Source: an uncultured Candidatus Entotheonella sp. (GTDB lineage: Bacteria > Tectomicrobia > Entotheonellia > Entotheonellales > Entotheonellaceae). From it: a stretch of DNA of 64,000 bases. The stretch covers positions 2,688,001 to 2,752,000 of the forward strand of contig OZ244252.1 in the NCBI GenBank assembly GCA_965217185.1, given 5' to 3'. The notes under the pieces are model-generated. The model had not been told where the DNA came from. It did not search any database and was given only the letters and a program-made list of their open reading frames with translations. This document shows positions 56,481-64,000 of the stretch, piece after piece. A program made the position numbers and the translations under genes. How positions within the stretch are numbered: the stretch's first letter is position 1; each line of letters begins with the position of its first letter.

Positions 56481-57203
56481 ATGCCGTTCTTCGAACGTGA
56501 CGCCATCAAGCTTTATTACGAATCGCACGGCGCCGGCTTCCCGGTGCTGCTGATCGCCCCCGGCGGCATGCGCTCGGCGGTGTCGTACTGGGAAACGACG
56601 CCGTGGAACCCGATCACGCATCTGTCGCCGAATTACCGGGTCATTGCCATGGACCAGCGCAACGCCGGCAGTTCGGTGGCACCGGTCAGCGCTGACGATA
56701 GCTGGCACGTGTACACGCAGGACCAGCTCGCGCTGCTCGATCACCTGGGTGTCGATCGCTTTCACATCGCTGGCATGTGCATCGGCGGGCCCTACATCAT
56801 GGGGCTGATCCGGGAAGCGCCGCAGCGGGTGGCCTCGGCCGTACTGTTTCAGACCATCGGTCTCGACGACAACCGGCAAGCCTTCTTCGAGATGTTCGAT
56901 AGCTGGGCGAACGACCTGAAGCCGAATCGCCCGGAGGTGAGCGAGGATGCCTGGGAATCGTTCAAGACGTCCATGTACAGCGGGGATTTCCTCTTCAACG
57001 CCTCGCGGGATTTCGTGAGCGCCTGCCAGACGCCGCTGCTGGTGATGCCGGGGAGCGATCTGCATCACCCTGAGATTTCGTCGAAGGACGTGCACGCGCT
57101 GGCACCCAATTCCACCTATGTGGAGAAGTGGAAGGAGCCCGAGCACCACGCCGCGGCCATGCAGGCCGTCGAACGCTTCCTCGGGCAGCACACCCCCGCG
57201 TAG
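56481..57203 (+). CDS. Alpha/beta-fold hydrolase with Cys at the nucleophile elbow
   Basis: IAMDQRNAG, GMCIGG, D..HP. Confidence 0.88.
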   Translation: MPFFERDAIKLYYESHGAGFPVLLIAPGGMRSAVSYWETTPWNPITHLSPNYRVIAMDQRNAGSSVAPVSADDSWHVYTQDQLALLDHLGVDRFHIAGMCIGGPYIMGLIREAPQRVASAVLFQTIGLDDNRQAFFEMFDSWANDLKPNRPEVSEDAWESFKTSMYSGDFLFNASRDFVSACQTPLLVMPGSDLHHPEISSKDVHALAPNSTYVEKWKEPEHHAAAMQAVERFLGQHTPA

Positions 57204-58064
57204 CTACAGAGTTGGCCCGGTACCAGCGACCGTTGTGCGATGCAGCCGCCGCTTGTGCCGGGTGATGTCGAACGGCATGCCGCAGTGCAAGGCGGCGCGG
57301 TTGTCCCACCACACCAGGTCGCCGACGCGCCAAGCGTGCTGATAGACAAACTCGGGCTGCGTGGCATGCTCGATGAGCTTGTCGATCAAAGCCCGCCCCT
57401 CGTCCCACGCCATCCCCTCGATGGATTCGGCGTGCGAGCCCACGTACAGGGCCGGGCGCCCGGTTTCCGGGTGCCGCCGCACCACCGGATGCCGCACCGG
57501 CGGCAGCGCGTTGGTTTCCTTCTGCGTGAACGCCGTCACCTCGACGTCGCGCCGCGACCAGTAGAAATTGTGCACCGCCACCAAGCCCTCGAGTTTCGCC
57601 TTCATATCGTCCGACAGCGCCTCATAGGCGGCGGCCATGTTGGCGTACGCCGTATCGCCGCCGACCGGCGGCACGATGCGGGCGTGCAACAGCGACGCCA
57701 TGGCGGGCACGTGCTTGAACGAGCTGTCGGAGTGCCACTTGCGGTTGTCGTGATTCACCTGCATGACGGGATGATCCGACAGCATGAATTCATCGTTCTC
57801 GTCCAGGTTGGTAGCCGTGTAAATTTCCGGCCTGCCGGGCATTTGCAGGGCAGACATATTGATGAACTCCAGTTGCCCCACTTGGCGACTGAAGGCGATT
57901 TGCTGATCGTCGTCGATCGGCTGCTCGGGAAACACCACCACGACGTTATCGAGCCACACCTTGCGCACCTCGGCCATGGTGTCCGCGTCAAGCGGCCGCC
58001 AAAGGTCGAGGCCGCTAATTTCCACGCCGACGTTGGGCGTCAGCTTCCGTACCGTAAAATCCAT
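57204..58064 (-). CDS. TauD/TfdA Fe(II)/2-oxoglutarate dioxygenase
   Basis: WHSDSS, GGDT, HPVVRRHPETG, WDNRAALH, RRLHRTT. Confidence 0.94.
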   Translation of the reverse strand: MDFTVRKLTPNVGVEISGLDLWRPLDADTMAEVRKVWLDNVVVVFPEQPIDDDQQIAFSRQVGQLEFINMSALQMPGRPEIYTATNLDENDEFMLSDHPVMQVNHDNRKWHSDSSFKHVPAMASLLHARIVPPVGGDTAYANMAAAYEALSDDMKAKLEGLVAVHNFYWSRRDVEVTAFTQKETNALPPVRHPVVRRHPETGRPALYVGSHAESIEGMAWDEGRALIDKLIEHATQPEFVYQHAWRVGDLVWWDNRAALHCGMPFDITRHKRRLHRTTVAGTGPTL

Positions 58065-58656
58065 AGTCGTCCTTTCCCGAGTATGCGGCGGGGTATCCGG
58101 CCGCCGTGATAACGCGAATCCAGTCGCCAAGCTGGGGCACGGTCATGGTAACCGTGATGGTCTCGGCGACGATGTGGTAATGGTCCCCCAGGCGGCGTTC
58201 CATGCCGCGGAAGGCCGAACGGCCCGGGTAGCGGGTGCCGGGATTACCCAACAGCGCGTCTGACTGCATTTGCAACTCACAGTGGGTGTCCGACATGACG
58301 CCCAGCACCGGCCCGCTGAAACGCCACGACACCGCCACGTGGCGCGTGGGGTGATCCGGGTATGGGCTCAGAAAGATCAGATGGCTGTCCGCCGCCGTGC
58401 CCGCCGGGATGGCGCCGCCGTCCACCAACAGGCGCTTCTGCAACACTACGCCTTGCCGCTCATCGAAACCCCGCATGGCGTCGGCGAAAAACGCGTCGTC
58501 GTGCACCGATGGCGGTGCCGCAATGATGGCTGCGGCCTCGCCCCGCGAACTCGGCGGCCCGTCTACCGCCAGGATGGCGGCGTGCGGCGTTTTGGCAGCC
58601 AGATGGCATGCGAGCAACGCAACGATCAGCCATGCAAAATGTTGCACCCTGCTCAC
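58015..58656 (-). CDS. Hypothetical secreted protein; 3' end overlaps the TauD start by 50 bp
   Basis: Signal peptide; FDERQGV, DSHLIF, DWIRVIT segments like those of PEP-CTERM-type exoproteins, but no sorting signal. Confidence 0.6.
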   Translation of the reverse strand: MSRVQHFAWLIVALLACHLAAKTPHAAILAVDGPPSSRGEAAAIIAAPPSVHDDAFFADAMRGFDERQGVVLQKRLLVDGGAIPAGTAADSHLIFLSPYPDHPTRHVAVSWRFSGPVLGVMSDTHCELQMQSDALLGNPGTRYPGRSAFRGMERRLGDHYHIVAETITVTMTVPQLGDWIRVITAAGYPAAYSGKDDYGFYGTEADAQRRRGN

Positions 58657-58877
58657 CTCTCTGTCGTGGGGTTAACCGCGTGCCTTAACACGGCCTTTGG
58701 CGAGCGCCCTGCGTTGCCATCCCCCGCATTTGGGCTGTCAGCCCCGGCTACTCGTGCTATTCTTGCGCAGGTTTAGCATCGGGTGGATCATATTATCATA
58801 TGGAGTCGCCGCCGCGTGTGGAACCTTGACGTGACGAAAAGGCGTTCAATCGGGATGTCTCCAAAGGAGAACACGAG

Positions 58878-59330
58878 ATGGCAATTCTCATGATGGTGCT
58901 GGGGGCTTTGCTGTGGATCAACGTCGCGGGGGCGGCGGAAGTTGTCGATGTGGCCCTGGCAGTCAGTGTCAGCGAGCGGGAACCTGTCGGGGCGTTTACA
59001 CCGGCAGCAGAGTGTCAGACGAACACGCCACCGGCCTACCGCGTTCCGGTCGTTGACTCTCAGGCATACCACGGCGTCTACGTATGGACAAAAATCGCCG
59101 CCTCCCAAGCCCGCGAAATCCATCACCGCTATTATATGGAGACCGAGGAAGGATTCACCGTAGCAGCCAATATCGTGCTGTCGGTTGAGCCGGCTGACGG
59201 CTACCGGACGTGGAGCGCCAAGTCCATCTCGCCGTGGGCGCCCATGCACCAAGGGATGTGGAAGGTCGACATTGTGGAAGTCGGGGACGCCGACCGGGTA
59301 CTGTGCAGCATTTACTTCAATGTTCAATAG
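58878..59330 (+). CDS. Secreted DUF2914-like Ig-fold protein
   Basis: RBS AAGGAG, signal peptide, REPVG, GYRTWSAK, GMWKVDIV. Confidence 0.8.
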   Translation: MAILMMVLGALLWINVAGAAEVVDVALAVSVSEREPVGAFTPAAECQTNTPPAYRVPVVDSQAYHGVYVWTKIAASQAREIHHRYYMETEEGFTVAANIVLSVEPADGYRTWSAKSISPWAPMHQGMWKVDIVEVGDADRVLCSIYFNVQ

Positions 59331-59363
59331 GCTGGGGTCGCCTGTAGATTCCATGCGGCTGAA

Positions 59364-59392
59364 TTGACACGGGCATGACCCTCCGATATTAT
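59364..59392 (+). promoter_or_regulatory. Sigma70 promoter of the rplU operon
   Basis: TTGACA-17 bp-TATTAT. Confidence 0.75.
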
Positions 59393-59520
59393 TCAGGCCC
59401 TTTGACAGCTTGGACGGTGCGTTCGTGACGTAACAGACCGGTTCGGATTTCACTTTGTCATGAAAAAAAGTAGGCCAAAACGAATTTAGCAGGGCATTTT
59501 GATCATGAGGTATGGACGTT

Positions 59521-59964
59521 ATGTACGCAGTCGTCGCAACAGGTGGCAAGCAATATCGGGTTAGCCCGGGCGACAGGATCGAGGTGGAGAAACTCGCCGG
59601 CGAAGTCGGCCAGACCATTGCTTTGGACCACGTCATGATGGTTGGCGGCGAGGGGCAGGCCGTGTCGATTGGCACCCCGAGGCTAGACGACGCTTGGGTC
59701 GAGGCGCAGATCGTTGCCCAGAAACGGGGCAAGAAAATCATCATCTTCAAGCATAAGCGCCGCAAAGGTTACCGTCGCAAACAGGGCCACCGGCAGAGCC
59801 TGACTGCCCTGAAGATCACCGGCATACATCCCACAGCGGAACCGCAAGACGAGGTACAGACCGAGATGACTGCTGTGCCGGAGCCACCGCAGAGCGAATC
59901 CCCGGTGTCCGCAGAAGCTGACGCAACCCCCGAAGAAACACCCGCCGAAACCCCGGCGGAATAG
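59521..59964 (+). CDS. rplU: 50S ribosomal protein L21 with acidic C-terminal extension
   Basis: [31 protein letters not shown]. Confidence 0.98.
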   Translation: MYAVVATGGKQYRVSPGDRIEVEKLAGEVGQTIALDHVMMVGGEGQAVSIGTPRLDDAWVEAQIVAQKRGKKIIIFKHKRRKGYRRKQGHRQSLTALKITGIHPTAEPQDEVQTEMTAVPEPPQSESPVSAEADATPEETPAETPAE

Positions 59965-59988
59965 GCGCTGACAGAGGAGTCCGCAATC

Positions 59989-60246
59989 ATGGCACACAAG
60001 AAAGGGCAGGGCAGCACGACGAACGGGCGCGACAGCATCGGCAAGCGGCTGGGCGTCAAGCGTTTCGCCGGCCAGGTTGTGACGGCTGGCAGCATCTTGG
60101 TGAGGCAGCGCGGTAGCACCTTCAAGCCGGGCGTCAACGTCGGCGTGGGCAGCGACTACACCCTCTTCGCCAAGATCGACGGCGTCGTCGAGTTCACCAA
60201 CAAAGGCAAGAAGAACCGTCGCATCCACGTGCAGACGGCATCTTAG
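59989..60246 (+). CDS. rpmA: 50S ribosomal protein L27
   Basis: [28 protein letters not shown]. Confidence 0.99.
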   Translation: MAHKKGQGSTTNGRDSIGKRLGVKRFAGQVVTAGSILVRQRGSTFKPGVNVGVGSDYTLFAKIDGVVEFTNKGKKNRRIHVQTAS

Positions 60247-60352
60247 CTTCCCTTCCACTCTTCATCGCAGTCCAGTCGTTCCGGCTGGCGCTCTCCCGGC
60301 CCGGCGGGTGCCCTTCTGCAAGCCCCTTGCACGACGAGGATGCCTACGGTTC

Positions 60353-61354
60353 ATGTTCGTTGACGAAGCCAAAATTTTCGTGCGCGGCGGCAACGGCGGC
60401 AACGGCTGCATGAGTTTCCGCCGCGAGAAGTTCGTACCGCGCGGCGGGCCAGACGGCGGCAATGGCGGCAACGGCGGTCATGTCGTCATGCAGGGCGACG
60501 CGGCGCTGCACACCCTCCTGGATTTGCGATATCGTACCTACAACATTGCGGAACGGGGCCGGCACGGCAAGGGCAAGGACATGCACGGCCGGGGCGGCGA
60601 CGATTGCGTCATACGGGTCCCTCTCGGCACGATCTGCCGCGATGCGGAAAGCGAGGCGGTGCTGTGGGACTTCCAGTCGCAGGGCGAGCACTTCGTCGCA
60701 GCGCGCGGCGGCAGAGGCGGACGCGGCAACGCCACTTTCGCCACCTCAAGGAACCGGGCGCCGCGGCAAACCACCGACGGCGCCTTGGGCGAGGAGCGCT
60801 GGCTGCTTCTCGAATTGAAATTGCTGGCCGACGTTGGGCTGCTCGGTTTTCCCAACGCCGGCAAATCTACCCTGATCTCCCGCCTGTCGGCCGCCACCCC
60901 CAAAATCGCTTCCTACCCGTTCACCACCCTGACGCCCAATCTCGGTGTGGTGGCCCTGCCCGATTATGCGTCGTGCGTGATGGCGGACATCCCCGGCTTG
61001 GTGCCTGACGCGCACAAGGGCAAGGGGCTGGGCCTCGAATTTCTCAGACACATCGACCGCACCCGCGTGTTGGTGCACCTGCTGGACCTAGGCACTCAGG
61101 AGGACGGCAGAACGCCGTGGGAGGATTTCACGGCGATCAATCACGAACTGGCCTGCTTCAGACCGGACTTGGCACAGCGCCCGCAGATCGTGGTGGCATC
61201 AAAGATGGACCTGCCGGAGGCGCAACAGCGCTTGCCGGAGATGCAACGGCTGTTCGCCAACCAGGGTCTGGAGGTGGCGCCGATTTCGGCGGTTACCGGT
61301 GCCGGCCTGGACACGCTGGTGCAACGGCTGGCACTTCAACTGAAGGCGGCGTAA
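60353..61354 (+). CDS. obgE: GTPase Obg
   Basis: MFVDE, FRREKFVPRGGPDGG, GFPNAGKST, YPFTT, DIPG. Confidence 0.98.
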   Translation: MFVDEAKIFVRGGNGGNGCMSFRREKFVPRGGPDGGNGGNGGHVVMQGDAALHTLLDLRYRTYNIAERGRHGKGKDMHGRGGDDCVIRVPLGTICRDAESEAVLWDFQSQGEHFVAARGGRGGRGNATFATSRNRAPRQTTDGALGEERWLLLELKLLADVGLLGFPNAGKSTLISRLSAATPKIASYPFTTLTPNLGVVALPDYASCVMADIPGLVPDAHKGKGLGLEFLRHIDRTRVLVHLLDLGTQEDGRTPWEDFTAINHELACFRPDLAQRPQIVVASKMDLPEAQQRLPEMQRLFANQGLEVAPISAVTGAGLDTLVQRLALQLKAA

Positions 61355-61380
61355 GGCAACGTTGGGAGGAGAAACCCCAC

Positions 61381-62487
61381 GTGACGAACGGCGAACGTCT
61401 GGTGGTAAAGGTGGGCAGCGGCCTGCTGCGCGACCCCGGCGGCGGGCTACGGGACGACGTTGTTCGGCACATCGTCCGGCAGATCGTCAGCCTGCGCGAT
61501 GAGGGCCGCGAGGTCATCCTGGTGTCGTCGGGAGCTATTGCGCTCGGCATCCAGGTGCTGGGTCAGGCGAGTATTCCCAAGGCGATCACCCACCAGCAGG
61601 CAGCCGCGGCGATCGGCCAGGGCCATTTGATCCGCATCTATGCAGACTTGTTCGCTGATTTCGGCAAGAAGGCTGCGCAGGTGCTCCTGACGCACGACGA
61701 CCTGCGCGTGCGCAAGCGCTATCTCAACGCCCGCAACACGCTACTCGTGTTGCTGCAGTATGGCGTTGTACCGGTGATCAACGAAAACGACACCGTGTCG
61801 GTGGACGAAATCCGCTTCGGCGACAACGACGTGCTGGCCGCCATGGTGTGCAACCTCGTGGATGCCGACCGCCTGATTATCCTGACGAGCGTCGACGGCT
61901 TGTACACCGCCGACCCCTCGCTGCACCCCGAGGCCAAGCTCATCCCGCGCGTCGAGGACATCGACAGCATTGAGGCGCTGGCCAGCCCCGCCACGCACGC
62001 CACCGGCAAGGGTGGCATGGCCACCAAGATCCGCGCCGCCAGGATTGTCGGGGCTACCGGCGTTCATACCCACATCGCCAACGGGTTTGAACCCGACAGC
62101 GTGCTACGCGTGCTGGCCGGAGAAGCTGTTGGCACCCACGTCGTGCCGCCTGCGGCGGCGCGTCTGTCGAGCCGTAAGCGCTGGATCGGCTACGCGTTGA
62201 AGGCGCGCGGCGAGATTTGCGTGGACAATGGCGCCAAGCGGGCACTCACCACCCAGGGCCGTAGCCTGCTGCCGTCGGGCATCGTCGCCATTTCCGGGAC
62301 TTTCTTCTTCGGCGACGCCGTTTATTGCATTGACACCAACGCGCACCGGTTTGCTCAAGGGCTGGTGAATTACAGCGCCGCCGAGCTGCAGGCGATTCGC
62401 GGCCAGCATACCTCGCGCATCAAGCCCATCCTGGGCGCCAAAGTGTATGACGAAGTGATCCACCGGGACAACCTGGTGCTGCTATAA
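61381..62487 (+). CDS. proB: Glutamate 5-kinase with PUA domain
   Basis: VVKVGS, VSSGAIA, INENDTV, FGDND, GGMATK, EVIHRDNL. Confidence 0.97.
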   Translation: MTNGERLVVKVGSGLLRDPGGGLRDDVVRHIVRQIVSLRDEGREVILVSSGAIALGIQVLGQASIPKAITHQQAAAAIGQGHLIRIYADLFADFGKKAAQVLLTHDDLRVRKRYLNARNTLLVLLQYGVVPVINENDTVSVDEIRFGDNDVLAAMVCNLVDADRLIILTSVDGLYTADPSLHPEAKLIPRVEDIDSIEALASPATHATGKGGMATKIRAARIVGATGVHTHIANGFEPDSVLRVLAGEAVGTHVVPPAAARLSSRKRWIGYALKARGEICVDNGAKRALTTQGRSLLPSGIVAISGTFFFGDAVYCIDTNAHRFAQGLVNYSAAELQAIRGQHTSRIKPILGAKVYDEVIHRDNLVLL

Positions 62488-62496
62488 GGAGACGGC

Positions 62497-62898
62497 ATGG
62501 ACCTATCGCTGGACGAACGAACCCGCATTTGCGTCCTGGCTGCCGACAGCCGGCAGGCCGACGATATCGTGGTGCTTGACATGACGCCGCACTCGTCCAT
62601 CGCCGACCGCTTCGTCATTTGCCAGGGGCGGTCCGATCGCCAGGTCAAGGCCATCGCGGACGCGATGGATGAACAACTGCGCAAGGGTGGAGAGAAGCCG
62701 CGGGCCATAGAGGGGTATCAAACCGGCTCGTGGATTCTGATCGACTACGTGGATTTGGTCGTACACGTTTTCGATCCCGAAACACGGGAGTTTTACGGTC
62801 TCGAACGCCTGTGGGGACACACCGACCGAGTGGCCATCCCAGAATTGCCTACCTCTAATCCGCCGGCCTCAGAATCCCTGCTTGTCGAAAAGAGCTAG
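62497..62898 (+). CDS. rsfS: Ribosome silencing factor RsfS
   Basis: [32 protein letters not shown]. Confidence 0.96.
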   Translation: MDLSLDERTRICVLAADSRQADDIVVLDMTPHSSIADRFVICQGRSDRQVKAIADAMDEQLRKGGEKPRAIEGYQTGSWILIDYVDLVVHVFDPETREFYGLERLWGHTDRVAIPELPTSNPPASESLLVEKS

Positions 62899-64000
62899 CT
62901 GGTGCAGGTCGTCCCGCCACGGCACGTGCACGGGATACTGGCCCGTGAAGCAGGCGCTGCAATAGCCCTGCTCCTGCTGGCGCGCCACCTCCATCATGCC
63001 TTCATGACTGAGATAGGCCAGGCTGTCGGCCTGGAAATAGCTGCAGATATGCTCGACCGAGTAGCTTGAGGCGATCAACTCCTCATGCGTCGGCGTGTCG
63101 ATGCCGTAGAGACACGGATGCGTGATGGGCGGCGAGCTGATGCGCATGTGCACCTCCTTCGCGCCCGCCTGCCGGACCATGCTCACCAGCTTCTTGCTGG
63201 TGGTGCCGCGCACGATCGAATCGTCGACGATGACGACGCGTTTGCCTTCCAGCAAGCCGTGGATGGTATTGAACTTGATCTTGACGCCAAAGTGCCGGAT
63301 GGCCTGTTGCGGCTCGATGAACGTGCGGCCCACGTAGTGGTTGCGGATGAGGCCGGTATCGAACGGGATGCCCGTCTCCTCGGCGTAACCGAGCGCCGCG
63401 GGCAAGCCGGAATCGGGCACCGGGATCACCACGTCGGCGTCGACCGGCGCCTCGCGGGCCAGTTGACGACCGAACGCCTTGCGGGTGAGGTAGACGTTGT
63501 GCCCGAACACCTGGCTGTCGGGGCGGGCAAAGTAGATGAGCTCGAACACGCAGTGCTGCGGCGGCCGGGTGGGAAATGGAAAGTAGGACTGCACGCCGTC
63601 CTGCGAGATTCGCACCAGCTCGCCCGGCTGCACGTCGCGCACGTACGTCGCCTCAATGAGGTCGAGGGCGCAGGTCTCCGACGCCGCCACGTGACCGTCC
63701 GGCAGCCGCCCGAGGCACAGGGGCCGGAAGCCGTGCGGGTCGCGCACCGCGATGATCTCGTGGGGGTTCATGATCAGCAGCGAATAGGCGCCCTGGACCT
63801 GTTGCAGCGCCTCGACGACGCTATCCAGCAGGTGCCCGGCCTGCGAGCGCGCCATGAGGTGCAGGATGACCTCGGTGTCGCTGGTGGATCGGAAGATGGA
63901 ACCGTCGGCCTCCAGACTGGTGCGCATGCGGGCGGCGTTGACGAGGTTGCCGTTGTGGGCGATGGCCAGCGAGCCGCGGGCGTAATCCACGAACAGCGGC
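62869..64000 (-). CDS. purF: Amidophosphoribosyltransferase, 5'-partial
   Basis: [51 protein letters not shown]. Confidence 0.97.
   Translation of the reverse strand, partial: PLFVDYARGSLAIAHNGNLVNAARMRTSLEADGSIFRSTSDTEVILHLMARSQAGHLLDSVVEALQQVQGAYSLLIMNPHEIIAVRDPHGFRPLCLGRLPDGHVAASETCALDLIEATYVRDVQPGELVRISQDGVQSYFPFPTRPPQHCVFELIYFARPDSQVFGHNVYLTRKAFGRQLAREAPVDADVVIPVPDSGLPAALGYAEETGIPFDTGLIRNHYVGRTFIEPQQAIRHFGVKIKFNTIHGLLEGKRVVIVDDSIVRGTTSKKLVSMVRQAGAKEVHMRISSPPITHPCLYGIDTPTHEELIASSYSVEHICSYFQADSLAYLSHEGMMEVARQQEQGYCSACFTGQYPVHVPWRDDLHQLALFDKQGF

Overview
GC-rich bacterial chromosomal window. The gene content (swf-type PKS, kinesin-light-chain-like TPR protein, several F420/LLM-type enzymes, many SAM/amidohydrolase/TauD genes) is typical of marine sponge symbionts such as Ca. 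Tectomicrobia; this taxonomy is inference only. Left to right: a partial MmeI-like type IIL R-M gene and a membrane coiled-coil gene bracketed by XerC/XerD (dif-like) sites; rtcB-archease; a betaine-type ABC importer; a decaying PPTase/STAS/mono-modular PKS (KS-AT-DH-ER-KR-ACP) plus reductase-sulfotransferase cluster (swfAB-like); catabolic genes; a full type I-E CRISPR-Cas locus with an antisense hicBA pair between cas3 and cas8e, a nonsense codon in cas8e and a 4-repeat array that runs directly into a 5'-truncated gene; an ABC/AttH-like module; a TPR pseudogene; a rhodanese sulfurtransferase whose catalytic codon is an in-frame UGA followed by a SECIS-like hairpin (probable selenoprotein, truncated by the ORF track); a fused two-half ABC exporter; and core genes rplU-rpmA-obgE-proB-rsfS and purF (partial). 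Four copies of a GTAG-type REP are scattered through the window. Frameshifts, nonsense codons and deletions cluster in accessory loci.
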